A DNA stretch of 64,000 nt, taken from assembly GCA_963786955.1 (NCBI GenBank), contig CAWBAT010000009.1, positions 160,001-224,000 on the forward strand, in the 5' to 3' direction. The position numbers and the translations under genes were made by a program. Of this stretch, positions 50,583-61,068 are shown piece after piece. The first letter of the stretch is position 1; every line of letters begins with the position of its first letter. The notes under the pieces are model-generated. The model worked only from the letters and a program-made list of their open reading frames with translations. It ran no database searches and was not told the origin of the DNA. The stretch is from an uncultured Acidimicrobiia bacterium. Its GTDB lineage: Bacteria; Acidobacteriota; Terriglobia; Versatilivoradales; Versatilivoraceae.

Positions 50583-50689
50583 CCGCCTTTCTCCATTGTT
50601 GTAGTATGAAATGAGGCAGGCAGAGTATAATCAAAGGGGTTTCGAGTTTTAGCAATTCATACTCTGAAGCTCTTTCACACTGGATCCTT

Positions 50690-51508
50690 ATGAGCCTCAT
50701 TCTATTACGCTTGGCCACTGCGCTCTATTCCATCGGCCTGCTTCATTCTTTCCTGACGATCATCAAACGGCAGAAGACACTTTTTCAGATTGCCATGCTT
50801 GGCATTTGCTCCGGATTCGTGGTTCACTTTCTTTCCATTCTTTTTGCCTGGATCGAATTGAAGCATTTGCCCATCAGTAATTTGCACGAAGTATTGTCGT
50901 TCTTTGCCTTTGTGATCGTGTTGGCTTTTCTTCTGTCGTATGCCCGATACCGGATGGATTCTTTAAGCGTCTTCATCTTCCCTCTGGTCTTCATTTTAAC
51001 TTTAGCTGCCAATCTCGTTAACGTCCAGAGAACGATGCGACCTGAGGTGCTCAAAAGCCTGTGGCTCTATATTCATGTTCCCACGACATTTTTAGCTTAC
51101 GCAGCCCTGTTTGTCGCCTTTGCAGTCGGTATCATGTATCTCATCCAGGAAAAGGAGTTAAAGCGGAAGCGCCCCCAAGCATTCTATTACCGACTTCCTT
51201 CGCTGGAAGTTTGCGATGAACTGGGTTACCGAGCTTTAGGGATTGGCTTTTCCCTGCTGACGATCGGGATTGTGGCGGGCGCCTTTTGGGCCAGCAGATC
51301 TCTGACGACTTCCTGGGAGCGCGATCCAAAGATTTTATGGTCCTATGTGACCTGGCTCATTTATGCGGTGCTCCTCCATTACCGCCTGTCTGCAGGCTGG
51401 AGAGGACGTCGAGCCGCCTGGTTGTCTGTAATCGGTTTTATTATCGTCCTGGCGGCTTTCTTTGGAACCCGGCATCAAGGTAGCGCTCACACTTTTATTC
51501 TGCAATGA
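50690..51508 (+). CDS. ccsA: CcsA/HemX-like cytochrome c assembly membrane protein
   Basis: WLYIHV, LPSLE..D, GAFWA....SWERDPK, GWRGRRAAW; upstream of hemA. Confidence 0.85.
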   Translation: MSLILLRLATALYSIGLLHSFLTIIKRQKTLFQIAMLGICSGFVVHFLSILFAWIELKHLPISNLHEVLSFFAFVIVLAFLLSYARYRMDSLSVFIFPLVFILTLAANLVNVQRTMRPEVLKSLWLYIHVPTTFLAYAALFVAFAVGIMYLIQEKELKRKRPQAFYYRLPSLEVCDELGYRALGIGFSLLTIGIVAGAFWASRSLTTSWERDPKILWSYVTWLIYAVLLHYRLSAGWRGRRAAWLSVIGFIIVLAAFFGTRHQGSAHTFILQ

Positions 51509-52770
51509 ACGTCGCATTAGTAGGGGTAAGTCACAAGACGGCCCCGGTCGATATCCGCGAAAAACTGCACTTTCCTGAGCCCCGGCTCGGGGAGGCGCTC
51601 CACCAGTTGAGAACCCAATTTGGATTTGAAGAGAGCCTCATCCTCTCGACCTGCAACCGAGTTGAGCTGGTTGCCGAAACCTCCATTCCTGATGAAGGCC
51701 TGCATCAATTAAAACAATTCATTTACGCGTTTCATCAGATTCAACCCGACAACTTCGAGCGGTTTCTCTACTCTTACACTCAAACTGAGGCCGTCCATCA
51801 TATCTTCCGGGTTGCGAGCAGCCTGGATTCCATGGTCCTCGGCGAACCTCAGATTCTCGGTCAAATAAAGAACGCGTTCACTCTTGCGAAAGGGGCTGGA
51901 AGCGTGGGCCGGACTCTCAACAGCGTGATGACTCGCGCCTTCTATGTTGCCAAGCGGGTCCGTTCAGAAACCGGAATTGCCGCTTCGGCTGTTTCCGTCA
52001 GTTACGCGGCTGTAGAACTGGCCAAGAAAATCTTTAATAAACTCACGGGTAAAACGGTCCTTATTCTGGGAGCCGGCAAGATGAGCGAGATGACTGCCAA
52101 TCACTTGACTCACAGCGGCGTTTCAAGAGTGATGGTGTGGAATCGCTCTTATCCGAGCGCCGTGGAAGTTGCGCGATTGTTTAAAGGCGAAGCCATCCTC
52201 CCCGAGGAGCTCTTCAAACACATTCAGCTAGCCGACATTATTATCAGTTCTACCGGAGCTCCTCATTTCATTTTGAGTCGTGAAGACGGAGAGCGAATCA
52301 TTCATTTGCGCAAGAATCATCCCGTGTTTATTATCGACATTGCCGTACCGCGTGATGTCGATCCCGAAATCAACAAAGTGAATAATATCTTTCTCTATGA
52401 CATCGATGACCTCCGAAATGTCGTCGATGCCAACATGCGGCAGCGCCAGAAGGAAGCCCAGTCTGCCGAGGATATTGTTCGTCAGGAGGTCGAGTCTTTT
52501 ATTCGGCACTCACAGACACTGGACGTCGCTCCAACTATTGTGCGTCTTCGTGAGCATTGGGAAAAAGTTCGGCTGGACGAATTGGCCAAGAACCGGAAGC
52601 GGTTTGGCGACCTGTCGAGAGAGCAAGAAATAGCATTGGAGAACTTGACTCAAAGCCTGCTGAATAAGATGCTTCATGGCCCCATCTCCGAATTGAAACG
52701 CGTCAGCAGCCAGCCGGCCGATGGAACGGAACTCGATGTCATCAAGAGGATGTTTGGCTTGAAGGAGTAA
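51505..52770 (+). CDS. hemA: Glutamyl-tRNA reductase
   Basis: GVSHKTAP, LSTCNRVE, LDSMVLGEPQILGQ, GAGKM, DIAVPRD. Confidence 0.98.
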   Translation: MNVALVGVSHKTAPVDIREKLHFPEPRLGEALHQLRTQFGFEESLILSTCNRVELVAETSIPDEGLHQLKQFIYAFHQIQPDNFERFLYSYTQTEAVHHIFRVASSLDSMVLGEPQILGQIKNAFTLAKGAGSVGRTLNSVMTRAFYVAKRVRSETGIAASAVSVSYAAVELAKKIFNKLTGKTVLILGAGKMSEMTANHLTHSGVSRVMVWNRSYPSAVEVARLFKGEAILPEELFKHIQLADIIISSTGAPHFILSREDGERIIHLRKNHPVFIIDIAVPRDVDPEINKVNNIFLYDIDDLRNVVDANMRQRQKEAQSAEDIVRQEVESFIRHSQTLDVAPTIVRLREHWEKVRLDELAKNRKRFGDLSREQEIALENLTQSLLNKMLHGPISELKRVSSQPADGTELDVIKRMFGLKE

Positions 52771-53706
52771 ATGACACTTCAAAAACTCATCATCGGATCC
52801 CGTGGAAGCCAACTGGCACTTTACCAGGCTCATTGGGTAAAGGAGAAAATCGAACAAAAGCATCCCGAACTCTCGGTCGCCATCGAAATCATCAAGACTT
52901 CTGGCGATATCATCGTTGATGCGCCTCTTAACAAAATCGGTGGCAAAGGGGTTTTCACCAAAGAAATCGAAGAGGCGCTGTTAGCCAAGAAGATTGACCT
53001 GGCCGTCCACAGCATGAAGGACCTCCCCACGGTGCTGCCGGAGGGCCTTTGCATGGGAGCTATTCCCCACCGGGAAGATGTCCGTGACGCTTTTCTTTCA
53101 AATCAATTTGAGTCGATAGACACGTTACCAGCCAGCGCCCGTGTCGGAACCAGCAGTCTGAGGCGCCAGTCTCAACTCCTCCTGTTGCGCAAAGACCTTC
53201 AAATTGTGAATCTCCGCGGAAATCTTGATACTCGAATCCGTAAACTTGACGAAGGCCAGTATGATGCAATCCTGTTGGCCTGTGCTGGTCTCGTGAGATT
53301 GGGGCTCAGCCATCGTATTAAACAGAGAATCCCCATCGACCAGTTGTGTCCTGCAGTGGGCCAAGGGGCTCTGGGAATTGAAGTCCGGGAAAAAGACGGT
53401 TTCGTGCTGGAAGTGCTCGATGGGCTTCATGACCGAAAAGCGGCAAGGGCCGTCATGGCGGAGCGCACTTTCCTGCAACGCCTGGGGGGAGGTTGTCAGG
53501 TGCCTATCGCAGCACATGCCTGGGAAGAGGACGGTAGTTTGAAGATGCTCGGAGTGGTTGCTAATCTGGATGGATCTTGCATCTACCGCTCCAATGATCA
53601 AGCTCCACTCGCCGAGGCAGAACTGCTCGGGACACGTCTGGCGGAGAAGTTGCTTAGTTTAGGTGCTCAAGAAATACTGGATGCCCTGTCAACCATGAAC
53701 TCGTAG
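52771..53706 (+). CDS. hemC: Hydroxymethylbilane synthase
   Basis: IGSRGSQLALYQ, GKGVFTKE, AVHSMKD, GTSSLRR, GGGCQVPI. Confidence 0.98.
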   Translation: MTLQKLIIGSRGSQLALYQAHWVKEKIEQKHPELSVAIEIIKTSGDIIVDAPLNKIGGKGVFTKEIEEALLAKKIDLAVHSMKDLPTVLPEGLCMGAIPHREDVRDAFLSNQFESIDTLPASARVGTSSLRRQSQLLLLRKDLQIVNLRGNLDTRIRKLDEGQYDAILLACAGLVRLGLSHRIKQRIPIDQLCPAVGQGALGIEVREKDGFVLEVLDGLHDRKAARAVMAERTFLQRLGGGCQVPIAAHAWEEDGSLKMLGVVANLDGSCIYRSNDQAPLAEAELLGTRLAEKLLSLGAQEILDALSTMNS

Positions 53707-53876
53707 GCCAGCAACTTGGTTCCTGCCCCACCTCCCCAAAGATATGAGTTTGGGGAAACGGTTCCTGGTCGGCATTATTCTGCGAACTTCGATACAACGG
53801 GCTGTTTGAAAGGGAGACGCTCTCCGATGACGTTCCGCAATCAAGCTGAATATTTTTTTGAGAGCCATTGATCGAT

Positions 53877-55394
53877 ATGACCCCTTCTGTTTTCTTAATC
53901 GGAGCCGGTCCCGGTGATCCGGAGTTACTGACTCTTAAAGGTCTTCGCTGCTTGCAGGTTGCCAACTGTGTAGTTTACGACTCTCTGGTCAATATTGATC
54001 TTCTCCAGTATGTGCGCCCGGACGCGGAATTGATCTACGTGGGGAAGCGAAAGGGGCAGCAGAGCATATCCCAAGATGAGATTAACCAGCTATTGGTCCA
54101 AAAATCGAAAGAAGGTAAGACGGTGGCCCGCCTCAAAGGGGGAGACCCCTTTGTCTTTGGTCGAGGAGGGGAGGAGGCCGAAGCACTCACCCACTCCGGT
54201 GTAGGGTTTGAGATCATTCCCGGCGTCAGTTCCGGCATTGCGGTCCCGGCTTATGCTGGTATTCCTGTGACCCACCGTGATTATAGCTCTTCGGTAACGT
54301 TTCTCACCGGACACGAAGACGCCGACAAAGGAGAGCCTGGAATTGCCTGGGATACGCTGGCTCCGGGGTCGGGAACCCTGGTTTTTTTCATGGGCGTTGC
54401 ACGACTTCTGGAGATCGTGGAAAATCTGGTGCGCTGCGGAAGACCCCTCAATACACCGATCGCCGTGGTCCAATGGGGGACTTACGGAAAGCAAGATGTC
54501 GTCACCGGAACGTTGGAGTCGATCTTGAAGGAGGTTCAGTCGAACCCAATTGGGTCGCCGGCGATTACCGTGGTGGGTGAAGTAGTCAAATTGCGGGACA
54601 AATTGCGCTGGTTTGAAAATCGCCCGCTTTTCGGAAAAAGAATCGTGGTGACCCGACCGCGCCAGCAAGTTGAAGAGCTCAGAGCTCAATTATCGGGGTT
54701 GGGCGCAGAAGTCATTCCTTTCCCCACAATTGAAATCCGGCCTCCCGATTCCTGGAAGCCGCTTGACCAGGCGATTCAACGGGTCCATCAGTATGACTGG
54801 CTCATTTTCACGAGCGTCAATGGCGTACACCATTTCTTTTCCCGCTATCGGACTCTCGAGCGAGACATCCGTGACTTGAAGGGAGTGCGCCTGGCTGCTA
54901 TTGGTCCAGCCACCGAAAGGGCTCTTCGCGATCTGGATCTGATCGTTGAGGTTCTGCCGGGCGAGTTTAAGGCGGAGGGCTTGGTTGAAAGCCTCAAAGG
55001 GAAGGTGGGTACCGGCTCTCGCATCTTAATCGTGCGTGCTAAAGTGGCCCGCGATGTTCTTCCCGTAGAACTCTCCAAACAGGGTGCCCAGGTGGATATT
55101 GCCGAAGCGTATCAATCTGTAATTCCCTCCATAAGCCAGGATGCGCTGGAACAAATCTTCACTGAAAGACCCGTTGATATGATCGTGTTTACAAGTTCCT
55201 CGACCATTTCAAACCTGGCGGAAATCCTGAGGCCAAAGCCGATTGCCGAATTTCTGGATCAGACCGTTGTAGCCGCCATCGGTCCGATTACAACCCGTAC
55301 GGCAGAAGAACATGGATTGCATGTACTGGTTCAGCCGAAACAATACAAGATCTCTTCGTTGGTTAATGCGATTCTGGATTATTACGCAGAGTAG
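53877..55394 (+). CDS. cobA: Fused uroporphyrinogen-III C-methyltransferase / synthase (CobA-HemD)
   Basis: GAGPGDPELLT, RLKGGDPFVFGRGGEE, then HemD VVTRP, IFTSVNGV, AIGP, FTSSST. Confidence 0.96.
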   Translation: MTPSVFLIGAGPGDPELLTLKGLRCLQVANCVVYDSLVNIDLLQYVRPDAELIYVGKRKGQQSISQDEINQLLVQKSKEGKTVARLKGGDPFVFGRGGEEAEALTHSGVGFEIIPGVSSGIAVPAYAGIPVTHRDYSSSVTFLTGHEDADKGEPGIAWDTLAPGSGTLVFFMGVARLLEIVENLVRCGRPLNTPIAVVQWGTYGKQDVVTGTLESILKEVQSNPIGSPAITVVGEVVKLRDKLRWFENRPLFGKRIVVTRPRQQVEELRAQLSGLGAEVIPFPTIEIRPPDSWKPLDQAIQRVHQYDWLIFTSVNGVHHFFSRYRTLERDIRDLKGVRLAAIGPATERALRDLDLIVEVLPGEFKAEGLVESLKGKVGTGSRILIVRAKVARDVLPVELSKQGAQVDIAEAYQSVIPSISQDALEQIFTERPVDMIVFTSSSTISNLAEILRPKPIAEFLDQTVVAAIGPITTRTAEEHGLHVLVQPKQYKISSLVNAILDYYAE

Positions 55395-55539
55395 CTGGGG
55401 AGATCCTTGAACTGACCGGGTGCTTCACTAGGTCTGGAGGGCCCAGTCCTACGAGGGCGTGTATTTCGTTGGCGTCGCAGACGTATTGGTAGCCACGATG
55501 GATAGGCTTTCTTCATTCATCGTGGGATTTTCTTCGTCC

Positions 55540-55745
55540 TCCAAAGTTGTGCAATCCCCCTTAGAAGGGGACAGCAGCAAAGCTGCGGGGGATGTCCTCT
55601 TCGCGGCGATCCTATTTGCCATTGGTCAATTACCATATGCCATTTTTCATTTAACCTTTTCAATGGAAAATGAGAAATGAACAGTCAACAATGACAAATG
55701 AATTTTTTTTAGAGTTCCCCCTCACCTGCCCCTCTCCCGCGCTGA
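55540..55745. repeat. Intergenic hairpin repeats
   Basis: TCCCCCTTAGAAGGGGA and CCCCTCACC..CCCTCTCCC; the latter family also occurs at ~8354, 29506, 35671, 38496 and 56546. Confidence 0.6.
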
Positions 55746-55789
55746 GTGGATTCACTGGATCCAATCGGCAGCGCTTCTACTGACCTGTG

Positions 55790-56401
55790 TCATTTCATGA
55801 CCATCCCGAACTTCCCCGCTTCAAACAGTCGCCAGTCGACCTTGGTAAGCTGGCGCGCTGTCACGGGCGATAGAAGGTTGAAGTGTGGAATTGTCAGAAG
55901 ATATTCGCCCATGAACCACAGGTCTTCCTCCGCAGTCATCCACTCTGTCTTGTCAAACCGTCCCAAATTGACAGGTTTCGAATAGCGTCTCAGCGTCTTC
56001 TCGCGTTTCAAATTGAAATAGTGTTCAAAGTAACTCATCACCAGTTCCCGAACAGTTCGATACACCGGCTCACGAAAACGCAGTCCGGAGTAATTCGACT
56101 TTGCAATGGCTCCCCAATATCCGTGTTGTTGAAAAACGGCCAGGACATGGTCATCGTCATGAACCGCCTCCAGATCAACCATTAAAGGGGGATGACCATG
56201 AAACCGAAGGGCCGCGACCGCAACCAAGGCTCCTTCAAAGCAATGGCCGGTCATATCGCGTAGGACTCGTCGGGGAGAGCGGCACGTCTCCCCATCAATT
56301 TCTTTGTTATAGGCCAACTCTTCATCCAGGAAACGCTGGATCTTCTCCGGAGTATTGAGCCGCTTGAGGACGGTGATTTCCTGGCGTGTAAATCCGAACA
56401 C
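55790..56401 (-). CDS. Conserved hypothetical protein, transglutaminase-like Cys/His motifs
   Basis: LNTPEKIQRFL, CRSPRRV, HCFEGAL, DDDHV, WGAIAKSNY.GLRFREPVY; GTG start with SD AAGGA. Confidence 0.7.
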   Translation of the reverse strand: MFGFTRQEITVLKRLNTPEKIQRFLDEELAYNKEIDGETCRSPRRVLRDMTGHCFEGALVAVAALRFHGHPPLMVDLEAVHDDDHVLAVFQQHGYWGAIAKSNYSGLRFREPVYRTVRELVMSYFEHYFNLKREKTLRRYSKPVNLGRFDKTEWMTAEEDLWFMGEYLLTIPHFNLLSPVTARQLTKVDWRLFEAGKFGMVMK

Positions 56402-56653
56402 TGTCGAGTCCTTTCTGCTTCTCAAAGATGGAAAATACGGACTTGCAAACAAATGGATAGATTAATTCGAGTTCGCTCTCATTCCCGCCCTCTCTCCTAT
56501 AGGACAAAAACACAATCGGTTGTAAGCCTCCATGGGCATTCGATCCCCCTCACCCATAGCCCCTCTCCCGCGTTGGGCGAGGGGAGCCGATTACGGAAGT
56601 TACGAGGGATTTTCCTCAAATCTCCTTAGACCATCAAGAGACATAGGCTCCGG

Positions 56654-58291
56654 TCATCGGAACATCTCTTTAAGAATACGGGAATCCTTTTCGCGGGGAT
56701 AATCTTTCAATCCAAGCATCTCCGCTAGAGTAGGGGCAATATCCTCGAGGCTCGACGGAGCCTCATATCGACCCGCACGTACTCGATCTGCCATGAATAG
56801 GATTGGAATATGCTGATCGTATTCATGGGGCGTTCCGTGGCCTGTTCCCCCGACAGCATCACTGATATAGACATATGGTTTCGGAATGGTTGTCAGATGG
56901 GGGCTGCGAGGCTGGTAGAAACTGTTTCTAATCAACTCAAGAGTGGCATTGGCTGGCGTACCAGGGTCTAAGATTTCCGATTGAGTATAAATTGCTTCGA
57001 AACTTCCGCTCTCCAGCAACTCTTTTCGGACACATTCTTCGACTTGCCGCCGGTCTAATTTGTATCGCAGGATCGCCTGATCATCGAAGTACGTCTGAAA
57101 AGGATTAAATGCAGCCATTAGCCCTGAAGTCCCGGGAAAGCTCCGCTTGAGTGCTTGCTGAACTCTCTCCTCCAGTTTGTGCAGGCTAACCCTTTGGCCA
57201 TCGATTCCTTTAGCGCGCAAATTTTCAACCAGAGGGAGTGCGCCATGGTCAGCCGTCAAGACAAAATACGTGGCATCCAGGCCAACTGAAGACTCCACTT
57301 CATCGAAGAGTTTCTTCAAGAGCTGATCTAGGCGTAACAGCTGGTCCATGATTTCCTGGCTATCCCCGCCATAGGTGTGCCCGATAAAGTCCGTGGCTGA
57401 GAAACTGACTGCCAGGATATCGGTTGCTGAATCTTCTCCCAGCTGATGTGCTTTCTTAGCCAATAAGGCCACTTCCAACGTCACCTCGTCTGCAAAGGGG
57501 GTCCTCTGAAAATCATTATAGAAAAGGGCGCTGGAAGGATTTCCACGAATCTCATGTGGGAAAATGACGTCTTTCCGATCCCACTCCCCTTCAACATCGT
57601 CAGGACCGGCATATTTCTCATAGAGACTCTGATCTTTCAGCATGCGGTTCCATGTCTTTCCGGAGAATTGATCGACCCGGTGAAGTGCGTTCCAATTCTT
57701 GAGCCACTCTGGAAGGGACTTTGCATAGTATGAACTGGTTGTGAAGTTGCCTCCCTCAGCCGAATACCAATAAGCTGCGTCCGCATGGGGTCCGGCCATG
57801 AGAATAGCTGCCCGGTCTTTCAATGAGACACTTACAACCTTTGAATCCGGAGAGTACCGTTTCAAAAGGTCTCCAAGAGTGAAGCCGATGAATTGGCTCG
57901 GAGAAGCTCCGCGACCTTTCCCTTCAAGCGGCCGGATCACCCGATCGTCTACGACATTCACCATTTGCTTGAGAATGGGATCATACCAGGCATTGGCAAT
58001 GATTCCTGAGTGGGATGGGAGGCGGCCGGAAAGCATGACGGAATGACCCGGCCCCGTTTCCGTATTGGCGTAACCGCATGTCGCATTTGTAAATACTGCC
58101 CCTTTACTCAGCAGGGTCCGGAGACCTCCTTGGTACAAGTCGGCAAAACGCGTCAAGTAGTCAAAACGCATTTGATCAATGGACAAGAACAGGATGAGCT
58201 TCGGCCCACGCTCTTGACCGAACAGAGGCGAGAACAGTAAGAGCATGAACAACAGGGAAAGCAACAGTAATCTATTTTTCGAGATTCGCAT
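56654..58291 (-). CDS. Alkaline phosphatase superfamily protein (PafA-like)
   Basis: IDQMR.DYL, TETGPGHS (Thr nucleophile), KDRAAIL.AG, TDFIGH, TADHG, GHGTP..YD..IP. Confidence 0.93.
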   Translation of the reverse strand: MRISKNRLLLLSLLFMLLLFSPLFGQERGPKLILFLSIDQMRFDYLTRFADLYQGGLRTLLSKGAVFTNATCGYANTETGPGHSVMLSGRLPSHSGIIANAWYDPILKQMVNVVDDRVIRPLEGKGRGASPSQFIGFTLGDLLKRYSPDSKVVSVSLKDRAAILMAGPHADAAYWYSAEGGNFTTSSYYAKSLPEWLKNWNALHRVDQFSGKTWNRMLKDQSLYEKYAGPDDVEGEWDRKDVIFPHEIRGNPSSALFYNDFQRTPFADEVTLEVALLAKKAHQLGEDSATDILAVSFSATDFIGHTYGGDSQEIMDQLLRLDQLLKKLFDEVESSVGLDATYFVLTADHGALPLVENLRAKGIDGQRVSLHKLEERVQQALKRSFPGTSGLMAAFNPFQTYFDDQAILRYKLDRRQVEECVRKELLESGSFEAIYTQSEILDPGTPANATLELIRNSFYQPRSPHLTTIPKPYVYISDAVGGTGHGTPHEYDQHIPILFMADRVRAGRYEAPSSLEDIAPTLAEMLGLKDYPREKDSRILKEMFR

Positions 58292-58332
58292 TTTGGGTAT
58301 TCGCGGATCCTCTTCTATCCATAGCTCATACC

Positions 58333-59088
58333 TTATGAAGGCCTTGATGCATTTTCCCGGCGCAACACACCAAGGCGAGCCAATACTCCTTTGGCTCCGA
58401 TGATTTTTAAGTGAAGCAAATACCAACCCACTTGTGCCCAGGAAAGCGGTTTTGAGTGAAGTTGAACATCCCCTCGCTTAATCGCAGCTGAAACAGCGGA
58501 AAAACTGATTTCTGGAACTCGTATTGTTGTAGTGGTTTTTCCCATTTGGGCAAGGAGGTGAATATCCGAGGTTCCTATGAGCGGCTTGTTCAACTGGTGA
58601 GCCGCCTCCACCGCTTTACGATTAAAATCGACCTGGGTGGTATAGAAATGACAGTACTCAATTCCGTCAAAGCAATCCGCATATTCAAACAGCTTTGCTC
58701 CCAGACAACTCACCCCCGGATAAAACGGATGGGGGGCAATCACAAAAATCTCAGGATCGAGCCGGCGTAGGTCACGCAATTCGGCAAAGCTCATCGGCGG
58801 TTGAAACTCGCCTAAGCCGTATATCAACACATCTTTTCCTTCAATTGAAGCCTCTACTGCAGGAATGAGAAGGACCCCAGTGTTTTGAGCATATTGCGCC
58901 AGCAATGGGGACCATTGCAGGGCATTATGACACGTAATTGCAAGCACACCGACTCCCTGTCGAGCCGCCTCATCGATTAATTGCTCCGCGGAATGTTCGA
59001 TCCAATCCATTGGGTCAAAATCCGTATGCGTGTGTAATTCCATTTTCAGTTCGTAATGCCCCAAGTTTGCTCCAGATACCCTTCCCAA
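58333..59088 (-). CDS. PHP domain protein
   Basis: ELHTHT, AITCHN, APHPF, GTSDIH; start uncertain. Confidence 0.85.
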   Translation of the reverse strand: MGRVSGANLGHYELKMELHTHTDFDPMDWIEHSAEQLIDEAARQGVGVLAITCHNALQWSPLLAQYAQNTGVLLIPAVEASIEGKDVLIYGLGEFQPPMSFAELRDLRRLDPEIFVIAPHPFYPGVSCLGAKLFEYADCFDGIEYCHFYTTQVDFNRKAVEAAHQLNKPLIGTSDIHLLAQMGKTTTTIRVPEISFSAVSAAIKRGDVQLHSKPLSWAQVGWYLLHLKIIGAKGVLARLGVLRRENASRPS

Positions 59089-59128
59089 TTGGCTTAATTT
59101 CTAAATAGCGCCAACTCGACCCAATGGC

Positions 59129-60340
59129 TCAAGGGGATAACAATAAAGCGTCCAAATGCTCACCGATGCAATTAACTGTTTTCTTCAGAGTTGCGGGTTC
59201 TTGGACAAAAGTCAGCACAATGTGAGCGGGAGGAATATCATAGAAGTAACCCGGGTGGACCAGCGCCTTGCAGTGATCAAGAATCGAAATCACGAGTTGA
59301 TCTTCGCTTTCTGATTCCCCTTTGATCCGGCCGGTCAAATAAAATCCGCCTTGGGGTGAAACGAACTCCAGCGCATGACAATTCCCAAGCGAAAGGACTG
59401 CGATCTCGTGACAAGTCTTCACCCAGGCCTGATAGCTTCGCAAGAATTCTCCTCCCGACTCAAAAATGGCCGGCACGGCAAATTGGACAACCTCATTGAC
59501 CGGAAGAAACGTATCGGAAATAAGCTCGAGCGCCCGCATTGATTTCTTCACTAAGGGATCATCCCCAGAAACCGCTATCCACCCTAGTTTCAATCCCGCC
59601 AAAGCAAACATTTTGGAAAATCCATTTAGGGTGAAGACGAGTGGGGCATCCCTTCCCGCTGGACGGGGGAGTGGGACAGAGTCATAAACAAACTCACTAA
59701 AAACCTCGTCCGAAATGATAGGTAAATGATGCCTCCTCGCAATCGCCGCAAGTTCCGTCCACTGTTCAGCGCTTGTAACTGCGCCTGTGGGGTTGTGCGG
59801 AGAAATAGCCACAATGGCACGAGTTCTCGTCGTAATCCGTGACTCCAGATAGTCTAGATCGATCTCCCATGCTCTCGATTCAACCAAACGGTATGACGTC
59901 AAGTGCACATGAGCAAGTCGCGCGATCGTCTCAAACAAAGGATAAGAAGGGGAGGGACAGAGAATCTCATCCCCTGGATCGGCCAATAGCTGGAAGCAAT
60001 AAGAGTACGAAACGCTGGTACCAGGAGTCAGCAGGATCTGATGCGCTGGAATGCTCAGGCTGTGCGAAGCGTAGTATTGTGAGACAGCTTCTCTAGCCTT
60101 GAGCTGCCCGAAAGAATCGGGTTGGTAGCTTTTGGCCATCGGCAGCGCCTGGAGGAAAATTTCTTTTAGGAGATCTTGAGGGAAAAAGATTCCTTGGTGG
60201 TTTACATTTCCAGAAATCAGATCAACGATCGTATCGCCATTACGGAGAGCGGCTTCGCGGGCCCTATAAAGAGGATTTAATACGTTGGAAAATGAGTTGG
60301 GGACAGAAGAAAAATGAAACGTTGATTCATTACTCATCAT
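59129..60340 (-). CDS. Class I/II PLP-dependent aminotransferase
   Basis: PSYPLF, SPHNPTG, ISDEVF, NGFSKMFALAGLKLGW, VHPGYFYD. Confidence 0.92.
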   Translation of the reverse strand: MMSNESTFHFSSVPNSFSNVLNPLYRAREAALRNGDTIVDLISGNVNHQGIFFPQDLLKEIFLQALPMAKSYQPDSFGQLKAREAVSQYYASHSLSIPAHQILLTPGTSVSYSYCFQLLADPGDEILCPSPSYPLFETIARLAHVHLTSYRLVESRAWEIDLDYLESRITTRTRAIVAISPHNPTGAVTSAEQWTELAAIARRHHLPIISDEVFSEFVYDSVPLPRPAGRDAPLVFTLNGFSKMFALAGLKLGWIAVSGDDPLVKKSMRALELISDTFLPVNEVVQFAVPAIFESGGEFLRSYQAWVKTCHEIAVLSLGNCHALEFVSPQGGFYLTGRIKGESESEDQLVISILDHCKALVHPGYFYDIPPAHIVLTFVQEPATLKKTVNCIGEHLDALLLSP

Positions 60341-60389
60341 TCATTGTCCGTTACCCATTACTCAATACGTTGATGGTATTTGAAACTAA

Positions 60390-60516
60390 GTACTTCATTT
60401 CATCAATATGGTGACGTATCTTAGGATAGGCGCCGCGTGGGGTCACGCGGCCTACAAAGCTGTAGGCCGGGTCACCGACCCGGCGTTAACGTCATCGGAT
60501 TTCTGAAACGAAGTAC
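60390..60516. mobile_element. 127-bp MITE-like element (shell B), copy 2, inverted
   Basis: GTACTTCATTTCA...TGAAACGAAGTAC termini; same REP doublet and length as 14727-14853. Confidence 0.8.
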
Positions 60517-60543
60517 AAATTTGCAAACAGCGACAGAAATGAA

Positions 60544-61068
60544 TCAATGGGCGTTGAGCTCTTTGACCTTGGCTACAACGTCTTCGGCAGCCGTGGCCGT
60601 ATTGATTTTCTTATCGATGAAGACGATCTTACCGTCCTTCCCAATGTAAAAGGTCCAGCGCTCGGGCACTTGCCGGCCTTCGTGGACAACGCCATAGGCT
60701 TCGGCCACTTTCTTGTCAGGATCGCTCAAGATCGGATAATCGGCGTGATGTGCTTCCGCGAACTTCTTATTCTCTTCGGCAGTGTCGGTGCTGGCCATGA
60801 AATAAGCAGCCTTTGTCTCTTTCAATATCTTGCCGTTTTGACTGAATGACTTGCACTCAGTAGTACATCCAGGCGTGAATGCTTTGGGAAACCAGGCCAG
60901 AACCACAACCTTCTTACCTTTGAAAGAGGAAAGCTTGTACATCTTGCCGTCAGAGCCGGGCAACGAAAAATCCGGAGCTGCATCCCCCGATTTCAATTCA
61001 ACTGCTTTCAATGAGGCTACAGTTAAAACAAAAAAGGTCGCCGCTCCGAGCAGGATCAATCTCAACAT
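60544..61068 (-). CDS. Peroxiredoxin (BCP/PrxQ-like) with signal peptide
   Basis: [40 protein letters not shown]. Confidence 0.92.
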   Translation of the reverse strand: MLRLILLGAATFFVLTVASLKAVELKSGDAAPDFSLPGSDGKMYKLSSFKGKKVVVLAWFPKAFTPGCTTECKSFSQNGKILKETKAAYFMASTDTAEENKKFAEAHHADYPILSDPDKKVAEAYGVVHEGRQVPERWTFYIGKDGKIVFIDKKINTATAAEDVVAKVKELNAH

